Below, piece by piece: positions 1 to 7,439 of a stretch of DNA of 37,546 nucleotides. The first letter of the stretch is position 1; each line of letters begins with the position of its first letter. Under the pieces are notes generated by a model. The model was not told the origin of the DNA, did not search any database, and saw only the letters and a list, made by a program, of their open reading frames with translations. A program made the position numbers and the translations under genes. Location of the stretch: assembly GCA_045807985.1 (NCBI GenBank), contig JBJMGL010000127.1:1-37546 (forward strand), given 5' to 3'. Source of the stretch: Bryobacteraceae bacterium. Lineage in GTDB: Bacteria; Acidobacteriota; Terriglobia; Bryobacterales; Bryobacteraceae.

Positions 1-240
1 CGCCAAACCCCTCTTCTTCTTATCGAGATTGAGTAACGCAAGGTCGGGATCGGAACCGAGGTTCTCAAAGATACGTTTCCCGTGCTCTTGAAACCGGAGG
101 GCATAGGTCGCTTCCGGGTGATGCTCCTCTTTGCCGTCGATCTTCGCATACAGGGCCTTGAGTTTCTTGCCCCTCTTGGTGTCGACCATCACCGGAGTTA
201 CATACCGATACTTTCGTTGGCCTATCCGGATACGCATCAT
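1..240 (-). CDS. tyrosine recombinase / island integrase, N-terminal 80 codons only (gene runs off the left edge)
   Basis: My own reverse-strand translation from the ATG at 240 gives MMRIRIGQRKYRYVTPVMVDTKRGKKLKALYAKIDGKEEHHPEATYALRFQEHGKRIFENLGSDPDLALLNLDKKKRGLA, open to position 1. The 'YALRF.E.GKR..E.LG.D...A' pattern is typical of integrase N-terminal regions. It is absent from the supplied track because it has no stop in the window. Confidence 0.45.
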   Translation of the reverse strand, partial: MMRIRIGQRKYRYVTPVMVDTKRGKKLKALYAKIDGKEEHHPEATYALRFQEHGKRIFENLGSDPDLALLNLDKKKRGLA

Positions 241-284
241 CAGTCGGACACTTGGTTGTTTTTTCACCTGCAAACCTCTTCATT

Positions 285-399
285 GGAATAGTGGCCGAAG
301 TAAGGCGTTTATCGCAGAAAAAAACGGTAGCACTGGCGGTAGCACAGGGGTAAGTCGTTGAATCTGAAGTGCGAGGGTAGAGTCCCCCCCTCTCCGCCA
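285..399 (+). other. tRNA-Ser-like remnant (non-functional), possible att-site relic
   Basis: The 5' part, GTGGCCGAAGTAAGGCG, resembles a tRNA-Ser D-arm. The 3' part, GAGGGTAGAGTCCCCCCCTCTCCGCCA (371-399), resembles a tRNA-Ser T-arm/acceptor ending G-CCA. However, the acceptor arms do not pair (GGAATAG vs CCTCTCC), the T-loop is one nt short and the total length is 115 nt. The internal tandem CGGTAGCAC occurs twice (326-346). Confidence 0.3.
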
Positions 400-474
400 T
401 GAAAGTTCTAATTAGAATCAATAACTTAAAAAACGCAGAAATTTTGTACACACGATCTTTGGAGGTGATCTCCG

Positions 475-618
475 ATGATCGAGGTGTACACGCGTCACGC
501 GTCTGGTTGCTCTAAGGACAACAAAAGGGACTGGAAAACCTGCAAATGTCCCAAGTGGCTTTACGATCCGAGAACGCGGCGACGCTGGAGCGCAAAAACG
601 CGATCGTGGGAAAAGCAG
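475..618 (+). pseudogene. integrase N-terminal fragment (about 48 codons), truncated
   Basis: MIEVYTRHASGCSKDNKRDWKTCKCPKWLYDPRTRRRWSAKTRSWEKQ matches the Cys-containing N-terminus I associate with a family of bacterial integrases. Beyond about 618 the ORF (475-870) becomes low-complexity and overlaps the antisense RibD_C-like gene. Confidence 0.4.
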
Positions 619-744
619 CTAGGCTTGCTAGGGCTTAGAGTAAGTGGGAACAGCGATCCAGTTCCACTGCCAGGACCGAATTCACTGTGGCACGCTGTTG
701 GTCGACGGCCTGCTCTAGGCTTGCACTCTGCTCATCAGGGACAA

Positions 745-1335
745 TCAGTTGCGCGGAATAACTGGAATCGCTATTCGCGTCAGAGCACTACATCGATCAG
801 GAAGCCTGCTCGTACTGGGACGGTAGGTCAAAAGGACGATACCATTGTCGTAAATCTTATGTGCCAGTAGCTGAAGAAAAACAGGTTTGGCAATGTGGGA
901 GAACAGAGAAACTCCCGGACCAAGTAACAGCGGATTCAATTTGATAATGATTTGGTCGGTCAGCCGTGCTGCCAATAAAGTCGAAGCCAAAGTCCCCCCG
1001 CCACACAGGTAGATGTCTCGCCCTGGCCGCTCCTTTAGAGCAGCGGTAAAAGGGGCAGGGTCCTCGTGAATGAATTGAACTCGGTCATTCGGGTTTTCTT
1101 CTGCATAGTGGAGAAGACATAGCTGTTGAACTTGGGATAAGGATCGGTCACACCAAATTGCAAGCCGACCTCGTAGGTGCTGCGTCCCATCAACACATCG
1201 TCAAACGTTTCCAGAGCGGAAAGATAATCGTTAACGTGTTCTCCCTCGATCTGCATAAAGCATTGGAAACCTCCATCTTTCTCCGCAATGGCTCCCATCC
1301 ACACTGCTCGCCACGTAATAGACCACTTGTCTCAT
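745..1335 (-). pseudogene. RibD C-terminal domain / dihydrofolate-reductase-like family protein, at least 2 frameshifts
   Basis: Three collinear reverse-strand pieces:
- MRQVVYYVASSVDG, from the ATG at 1335.
- AIAEKDGGFQCFMQIEGEHVNDYLSALETFDDVLMGRSTYEVGLQFGVTDPYPKFNSYVFSTMQKK, track ORF 1035-1304.
- NPNDRVQFIHEDPAPFTAALKERPGRDIYLCGGGTLASTLLAARLTDQIIIKLNPLLLGPGVSLF..IVLLTY, which includes track ORF 745-990.
The second junction is restored by adding one base to the T4 run at 1094-1097. Confidence 0.6.
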
Positions 1336-1419
1336 ACAACCCCTGCCACAGAAACATTGGTCACACATATCTCAGCGTAGGTATTTCAGAAAGAGTGAGC
1401 AGACGCTTTCTTAATGTTG

Positions 1420-1437
1420 TTCTTATCCTGATAAGAA
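1420..1437. promoter_or_regulatory. perfect palindrome TTCTTATC-ct-GATAAGAA in a divergent intergenic region (possible operator)
   Basis: Seen directly. An outer inverted repeat GCTTTCTTA (1405-1413) / TAAGAAAGC (1432-1440) nests around it. It lies 11 bp upstream of the methyltransferase ATG. Confidence 0.2.
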
Positions 1438-1447
1438 AGCATTAGAC

Positions 1448-2017
1448 ATGAGAAACTTGGGAGCACCTGCCAGGATGTGTACTGCTGAACAGCAGCCAGA
1501 CCCATCAAATGGTTACGAAAAGGCAGCGGAATGTTTCATGCTCTCGCGAAATCCTCAGATCGGGGCTGCCACGGTACGTGAATGGAGCAAACGGCTCCTG
1601 CGTGGCGCTTCGGTCCTCGACATCGGTTGTGGGCACGGTACTCCGATTTCACAAGTATTGATTCAAGAAGGATTCGTTCTGTACGGCGTAGACGCCTCTG
1701 CGAAAATGATTGCTGCTTTCCGCACCAACTTTCCACATGCCTTTGCGGAATGCTCGGCGGTCGAAGGTTCGGATTTCTTTGGCCACACGTTTGACGGCGT
1801 GGTCGCCTGGGGCTTGCTCTTTTTACTGTCGCCCGCAGCCCAAGCCAAACTGATTCACAAGGTAGGGAAAGTACTGCGAAACGGCGGTCAGTTCTTGTTC
1901 ACTTGTCCGCGAGAGTCGGTCACATGGAACGATGCGCAAAGCGGAAGTGAATCCTGCTCACTGGGGTTGCCTGCAGGGCGGCCTCATGAGAGTAAGAGGA
2001 TTCGATTGAGTGTTTGA
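1448..2017 (+). CDS. class I SAM-dependent methyltransferase (3' end probably replaced by the IS remnant)
   Basis: Motif I 'VLDIGCGHGTP', post-I 'LYGVDAS', and 'FDGVVAWGLLFLL' / 'LRNGGQFLF' fit the Methyltransf_11/25 layout. The last ~15-20 codons overlap the C-terminus of the antisense transposase remnant. Confidence 0.7.
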   Translation: MRNLGAPARMCTAEQQPDPSNGYEKAAECFMLSRNPQIGAATVREWSKRLLRGASVLDIGCGHGTPISQVLIQEGFVLYGVDASAKMIAAFRTNFPHAFAECSAVEGSDFFGHTFDGVVAWGLLFLLSPAAQAKLIHKVGKVLRNGGQFLFTCPRESVTWNDAQSGSESCSLGLPAGRPHESKRIRLSV

Positions 2018-2900
2018 TGATCCCAGCCTGCTTTTTTCCTCCATCGTTTCAGTGACTCTCGCTTTTGTTGGGCGGCTTGGAGGAGATGGAGGGCTCTCTG
2101 GCGCATCGTGGCCCGTGCGCGCGGCGCAGTGTCTTTGTGGAGGCGCCGGGCGTCTTCGCCGAAGCTCAGATCGAGCCTCCCGCGGAGGGTGTTTTCCCGG
2201 GCCCCCTGGCTGCGGGGATCCGCCAGGATACGCCACGCGGGTGCCTCCGTCGCCTGGCAGCGGCGGATTTCGATCCGGCCCGGGCCCTGGCCGGCGTCGG
2301 CGGGCGTGGCCCGGCAGGCGGGTTCAGGCGCTGGCTCGAAGAACCGGCGCCCAGGCGCGTGCCGCGTCCCCTGAGGGCCTGGGAGACCGAGCCGCTCCGG
2401 TCCGCCCCCCTCCCTGCTCGGCGCGGCGATCGCGCGCGGGCCGCCCCGGGCAGCGCAGGAGACGGTCGCCCCGCCCCGGTCCAGCCGGCACCGCCGTTCG
2501 GGGAGGGCCGTGATTTCGTTGCGCTTCTCTTTCCGCGCCCTCTGCGCCAAGCGCCGCCGCGCTTCGCTCGCCCCAGCGCTCCCCCGAGGCCCGGCTGGGG
2601 CCGTCCCGTCCGGGCGGCGCCGCCCGCTCTTCCCGGCCCGGGCCATCCGGCGCGCCGGCGCTTCCGGCAACAACGCGCCTACCCCGGCGCCGCATCCCGC
2701 CGGCAAGGCCGGGGGGCGCTGGCCCGAAAAAACCGCCGCCGGGGATCGGCGCCGGGAAGGCCGGGCGCCCACGGCCGCCTCGGGTACCCGAACTCCCGCT
2801 TCGACTCGCCGTCAGCTTCCCTCTCTTGCCAGCCGTCCGCCCCCGCGAGCACACCGTTCGCTAGTACCGGAGTCGGGGGGCACCATATTCTGCTGTGGCA
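1984..2900 (-). mobile_element. ISAs1-family (IS4-like DDE) transposase remnant, degraded, embedded in an extremely GC-rich patch
   Basis: The track ORF 1984-2772 ends ...ENTLRGRLDLSFGEDARRLHKDTAPRARATMRQRALHLLQAAQQKRESLKRWRKKAGWDHQTLNRILL. This follows the ISAs1/H-repeat C-terminal signature (W.IEN.LHW.LDV.FGEDA.R.R...AP.N....R..ALNLL......S.K.KR..AGWD...L). Upstream, 'KEKRNEITALPE...GGATVS...PRAIAA..REGGG' and 'GRIEIRR' are collinear with the family core but with aberrant residues. No terminal repeats were identified. Confidence 0.5.
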
Positions 2901-3495
2901 GGGCATGCAATCGGCCGACTCTTCCGGCTCCCGTGGGATCTTGCGCGGGATCGGGCTGGAGAGCCCAGTAGCCGCCCCTGGGAGTGCCATCAGCGTTGAT
3001 CGTTTTGACGTGCGGAGCCGGGAGCTGAACAAAGATGATCCGGGGCTTGCCGGCCACTTTGGCGGGATCGTGCCATATGCTGATCCCGTACGTATTGGTG
3101 GGCAAATCGATGGTAGAGCACGCATTCATATTCACGTTGACGACCACTTGTCCGGAAGGATCGGTAACGGTCATAGTGGTCAGGGAGGGATCTCCCTTCA
3201 GGCAGAAGTTGTAAGCGCCGGAGGACAGTTGATACCGCACTTTGTGCTGCTGGAGCGAGGGACTTGTCCCAGAAGCGGGCAGCAGAGTCAGCACCGCGAC
3301 CTGATTCGGGAGAGCGACGAGGGTCGGATCAGCCACAAAATCTTGTTCGTAAAAGAAGGTCCGAGCCGGATTAGCCTTGAGGACGGGCTTGATCCAGGGA
3401 TTGGGAAAGGCACAGGTCGAAAACAGGAGTACCAGAGCCAGTGGTGCAGGCACGCCTGCTTCCAACGTCACCGCAAGACCACGAACCGTTCTCAC
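2812..3495 (-). CDS. hypothetical lipoprotein/secreted protein; 3' end runs into the GC-rich patch (probably truncated or fused)
   Basis: A GTG at 3495 overlaps the upstream stop (GTGA). The N-terminus VRTVRGLAVTLEAGVPAPLALVLLFSTCAFP has a signal/lipobox-like shape. The body is beta-rich (TMTVTDPSGQVVVNVNMNACSTIDLPTNTYGISIW). Codon usage changes after about 2900. Confidence 0.4.
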   Translation of the reverse strand: MRTVRGLAVTLEAGVPAPLALVLLFSTCAFPNPWIKPVLKANPARTFFYEQDFVADPTLVALPNQVAVLTLLPASGTSPSLQQHKVRYQLSSGAYNFCLKGDPSLTTMTVTDPSGQVVVNVNMNACSTIDLPTNTYGISIWHDPAKVAGKPRIIFVQLPAPHVKTINADGTPRGGYWALQPDPAQDPTGAGRVGRLHALPQQNMVPPDSGTSERCARGGGRLAREGS

Positions 3496-3798
3496 GGGTT
3501 CAGCCCTGCCCCTTTCCGTGAAAAAGCAGCGAGAGCGAGCGACCCTGGCGCTTCGAAAGCGATGGACTGCGGTGCCACCATGCCGGTCGAGGTCGTGCCG
3601 CCCGCATAGCCGTAGCTGCGGATGTCGACTGACCCGGCGGTCGCGACCGTGAGGTTGAAGAGCTAGCACGGCATCCTCCGTACCGATCGCGCCTTGGAGT
3701 GTAAGATCGGCACCACTAGCCGGTCCTGAAACGAGAGCCATGCTGAGCGCTATCCCTAAACACAGCGCACGGCTGCTTTTTCTTTTCCGAAACATCAT
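3492..3798 (-). pseudogene. small secreted protein, frameshifted near 3665
   Basis: AAGGAG lies upstream of the ATGATG at 3798. The signal peptide is MMFRKRKSSRALCLGIALSMALVSGPASGADL... After a 1-nt frame change it continues as LFNLTVATAGSVDIRSYGYAGGTTSTGMVAPQSIAFEAPGSLALAAFSRKGAGLNP*. The 'F.L....SVDI.SYGYAGG' segment resembles N-terminal modules of PEP-CTERM-type exported proteins. Confidence 0.35.
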
Positions 3799-4965
3799 AC
3801 TCTCCTTTTCACTTCTCCTTCCACAACAAACAGTGACGACTTTGCAATCAGCCAAGGCGGTCTCGCGACAAGGAGAAACTCGCTACGTTACCTGACTCGG
3901 TGGAAGCTCCACCCCGTATTGGGAGCCCATGCAGATGGTCGACCGAGCAACCACAAACGCCCTAGGCAAGTCAGTGATAGATTCCTCACACAGTCCTCCA
4001 GATCCTCGACCATTGCGGCTGCCGCTCGTCGTGCAAGTTTGGCGTGTGCCGGATCATGGTCTTCTCGGGCTGGCTGCCATGCTGAGAAAACGGCACCAGT
4101 TCGCCCGTCAGAGGTAAAGCGCAGCGCACAGGAATTTCGGATCATTGAAAAATCGAGAAGCCAATCCTGCCGAGCTAACACCACAGCCATTAAACCGGCT
4201 GTTCGATCTTTTTCTTGCCTGCCGAGAAATGGACGGCGACGCGCCTGGCTGAAGCAGTAAAGGCAGCCAACGAAAAATTGCCGTTTGCGCGTCTGGATAG
4301 TAGCATCAGACCTCACTACTCGTCCAGTGCCGAACGGGAGCGCGGCCGATCGGCCGAGGGGTGTCCCTTTTTGAGCACACTCGTGCTCAGTCCATCGATC
4401 AGGAGAAATGATGAAACACAAATCAACACAGTCCCGGCCAGGCTTCGACCAACTCTGCCGCCAGGACGCCAAGAGCCTCGTGATGGGCGGGCGGCTCACT
4501 CTTCTGGCGCTGGTGGTCGGGGGGCGGCTCTTGCGTATGCGACACCTTCCTCGGGGCAAACCTCCCTCCGCCCGGCTGCCGATTGGGTTAGCCGGCTCTG
4601 GCTCTCGCTGGGCCGCAACATCGCACGGCACTCCCGTGGACCAACCGCCCGCTCGGGCGGCCCTCGTCGTTCACGGCCTTCCCGTCGTACCTGCTGTTGC
4701 CTGGCGGTTCCCCATTGGGACCATACACCCGCTTTCGCTCTCCTCCGGCAGTCCCCTCCACGGCACCGCTTCGTTTGTTCCCCCCTTCCACCTCTGCCGC
4801 ATTCCGAAACCCCTGTGGACTGCTAAAGGTTGTTTACAAGACCGTTGCAATTTGGTAAGGATACGGTAATTTCCGTGTTTCATTGAATTTAAGCGGCATA
4901 ATGAAAGTGGGATTTGAGTTCTCTGTCGCGTCAAGTCTTCCTTTTTGGTCCTTATCGGTCAAATC

Positions 4966-6381
4966 ATGCGAGCCACAAAAATTGTCGCCACGCTCGGCCC
5001 CTCCACGGATGCGGAAGGTGTTTTAAGAAAGTTCTTTGAAGCGGGAGTGGACGTCTTTCGGCTCAACGCTTCTCACGGCACACACGAGGATCTGGCTCGC
5101 CGTATTAAAGACGTTCGCGAACTCGCGGACGAATTTAAATCACATGCCAGCATTCTTCTCGATCTGCAAGGACCCAAAATCAGGCTAGGCACGTTTAAGG
5201 ATGGTCCCTGTACTCTGCGCGATGGTGAAACCTTTACCATCACCACCCAACAGGTTGAAGGTGACAGTACAATTGCTTCCACAAATTACGCTGCTTTGGC
5301 GACTGATGTAAAACCAGGTGATCCTATTCTGTTGGCTGACGGATCAGTCACTTTGCGTGTGGTGGCAACCGATGGCGTTTCGGTCCGCTGCCTCATCGAA
5401 AACGGCGGCAGGATCAGCGACCGGAAAGGCATCAACCTGCCCGGCGTACACGTCAGCACCCCGTCTCTCTCGAAAAAAGACATCTCCGACGCGCACTTCG
5501 GCGTGGAGCAAGGCGTCGATTTCTTTGCTCTCTCCTTTGTCCGGAACGCCCGCGATGTGCTCCGCCTCCGCCACTTGCTGGAAGAAGTGGACGCCAAACA
5601 GCCCATCATCGCCAAGATCGAAAAACCCGAAGCTTGGCAGAACCTGGACTCCATCCTTGACGAATGCGATGGGGTTATGGTGGCGCGCGGCGATCTCGGC
5701 GTGGAAATGGCCCCTGAGAAAGTGCCATTTATCCAGAAAAGCATCATTGAATGCTCACGGAAACGCGGAGCCTTCGTCATCACTGCCACTCAAATGCTCG
5801 AATCTATGATCGAAAACCCGTGGCCCACCCGAGCCGAAGTCAGCGACATCGCCAACGCTATTTACGACGGTACCAGCGCAGTTATGTTATCGGCGGAAAC
5901 GTCGGCTGGCAAGCACCCGGTCGAGGCCGTACGGGTCATGGCGCGCATCGCCGCCGAAACAGAAAGCTCCATGGGCAGAAATTTCCCGCAAGTCTCAAAC
6001 AGCAATAAACTGTCTATCCCTGAGATCGTCGCCGAGGCTGCTTACCATGCCGCCCAGTCCGCCGGAGCCGTAGGGTTGGCCGTGGGCACCGCCACCGGCG
6101 CTTCAGCCCGTTTACTGGCCCGCCATCGTCCACCCGTCCCCATTTACGCCTTTACATTAAGCGAAACTGTCGCTCGCCAGCTTTCGGTAGTTTACGGTGT
6201 CCACTCCGTTATGATTTATTCCATCGACTCCACCGATGGAATGATCCAAGAAATGGAACGGTTGCTGCTCGAAACCGGCCGCGCAAAACCGGGCGACCAT
6301 GTAGTGTTTGTTGCGGGTCAGCCGGTCGGTCTGCGAGGCTCCACCAATATGCTCAAGCTCCACCAGCTCACGGGCGTGTAA
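4966..6381 (+). CDS. pyk: pyruvate kinase
   Basis: MRATKIVATLGPS start, 'FRLNASHG', 'GPKIRLG', 'MVARGDLGVE', 'ATQMLESM', C-terminal regulatory domain. I prefer the ATG at 4966 to the track's upstream alternative start at 4945. Confidence 0.95.
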   Translation: MRATKIVATLGPSTDAEGVLRKFFEAGVDVFRLNASHGTHEDLARRIKDVRELADEFKSHASILLDLQGPKIRLGTFKDGPCTLRDGETFTITTQQVEGDSTIASTNYAALATDVKPGDPILLADGSVTLRVVATDGVSVRCLIENGGRISDRKGINLPGVHVSTPSLSKKDISDAHFGVEQGVDFFALSFVRNARDVLRLRHLLEEVDAKQPIIAKIEKPEAWQNLDSILDECDGVMVARGDLGVEMAPEKVPFIQKSIIECSRKRGAFVITATQMLESMIENPWPTRAEVSDIANAIYDGTSAVMLSAETSAGKHPVEAVRVMARIAAETESSMGRNFPQVSNSNKLSIPEIVAEAAYHAAQSAGAVGLAVGTATGASARLLARHRPPVPIYAFTLSETVARQLSVVYGVHSVMIYSIDSTDGMIQEMERLLLETGRAKPGDHVVFVAGQPVGLRGSTNMLKLHQLTGV

Positions 6382-6386
6382 CTACC

Positions 6387-7439
6387 ATGTATGATGCTCT
6401 TTTAATTGTTTCTTTCGGAGGTCCCGAAAAGCCGGATGACGTGCTCCCATTTCTGGAAAATGTGACCCGTGGCCGCAATATTCCACGTGAGCGGCTGCTT
6501 GAAGTGGCCGAACACTATTATCATTTCGGCGGCAAAAGCCCTATTAACGATCAAAACCGCGCCCTCATCGCTGCCCTGCGGAACGAACTGGACGCAACGG
6601 GGATCAAACTCCCCATCTACTGGGGCAATCGCAACTGGCATCCATTTCTCACCGGGGCCCTGCGTGAAATGCGCGCTAACGGAGTAAAGAATGCCCTGGC
6701 CTTCATGACCTCCGCCTATAGCTCCTACTCAGGATGCCGTCAATACCGTGAAAACATCGCCGCTGCCCAGGCTGAAGTGGGGGAGGGCGCGCCAAATATC
6801 GACAAGCTGCGCGTCTTCTACAACCACCCCGGCTTCATTGAAGCCAGCGCCGCCCGTGTCCGTGAGGCTCTTTCACAATTTTCAAATGCAGAAAACCTGA
6901 AGGATGTTCAACTAGTAGTTTCCGCCCACAGCATTCCACGCTCGATGGCCGAAACCAGCAACTATGAAAAACAGCTTGGAGAAACGGCGCGCCTGGTGGC
7001 GGAGGAGGTAGGCGTAACCAACTGGGATCTCGTTTATCAAAGCCGTAGCGGCCCGTCCACTCAGCCCTGGCTGGGTCCTGATATCCTGGACCACCTGCGC
7101 GACTTGCGCAATCGCGAGATAAACAACGTGGTCGTCGCCCCGCTCGGCTTTATTTCAGATCACATGGAAGTGCTCTACGATCTGGACACGGAAGCAGTGG
7201 ATCTGGCAAAGGAACTCGGAATGAACTTAGTTCGTGCCGCTACGGTAGGCACGCATCCTGCCTTTATTCGAGCTATCCGCCAACTCATCCAAGAACGCCT
7301 ATCGCCGGAAGAACCCAGACTATCCATTGGCCGTTTCGGCCCTAATCACGACATTTGTCCGGCGAACTGTTGTCCCCCGCTGCAGCGAGCCGATAAATCT
7401 CCCGTTTCGGCAAACCCAGTCGTTTCGCTACAGACTTGA
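6387..7439 (+). CDS. hemH: ferrochelatase (Cys-rich C-terminal extension; possibly the coproporphyrin type)
   Basis: 'LLIVSFGGPEKPDDVLPFLENV', 'SAHSIP', 'GPSTQPWLGPD', 'VVVAPLGFISDHMEVLYDLD'. The C-terminal 'ICPANCCPP' plus internal 'YSGCRQY' resembles the [2Fe-2S]-ligand arrangement of cluster-containing ferrochelatases. The gene starts 5 nt after the pyk stop. Confidence 0.9.
   Translation: MYDALLIVSFGGPEKPDDVLPFLENVTRGRNIPRERLLEVAEHYYHFGGKSPINDQNRALIAALRNELDATGIKLPIYWGNRNWHPFLTGALREMRANGVKNALAFMTSAYSSYSGCRQYRENIAAAQAEVGEGAPNIDKLRVFYNHPGFIEASAARVREALSQFSNAENLKDVQLVVSAHSIPRSMAETSNYEKQLGETARLVAEEVGVTNWDLVYQSRSGPSTQPWLGPDILDHLRDLRNREINNVVVAPLGFISDHMEVLYDLDTEAVDLAKELGMNLVRAATVGTHPAFIRAIRQLIQERLSPEEPRLSIGRFGPNHDICPANCCPPLQRADKSPVSANPVVSLQT

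Noticed and set aside
285-399. Functional tRNA-Ser (or tRNA-Sec) gene
   Set aside because: The acceptor stem does not pair, no anticodon stem-loop can be drawn, the T-loop is one nt short and the length is 115 nt. I kept it only as a remnant.
65-451. 128-aa minus-strand ORF covering the tRNA-like remnant
   Set aside because: It is out of frame with the integrase N-terminus that actually shows family resemblance, and it spans the tRNA-like and intergenic sequence with no motifs.
2065-3609. 514-aa plus-strand ORF (the longest in the left region), plus the overlapping ORFs 2010-2513, 2108-2374, 2324-2854, 2510-2971 and 2679-3125
   Set aside because: The products are Arg/Pro/Gly/Ala low-complexity and every frame is open because of the >80 % GC patch. 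The long ORF runs antisense through the transposase remnant and the lipoprotein gene and has no recognisable motifs. This is a compositional artefact.
3888-4631. 247-aa minus ORF and the overlapping plus ORFs (4215-4826, 4408-4869)
   Set aside because: They are mutually exclusive and Arg/Ser/Pro-rich, with no domain signature and no convincing RBS context. I left the region unannotated and flagged it instead.
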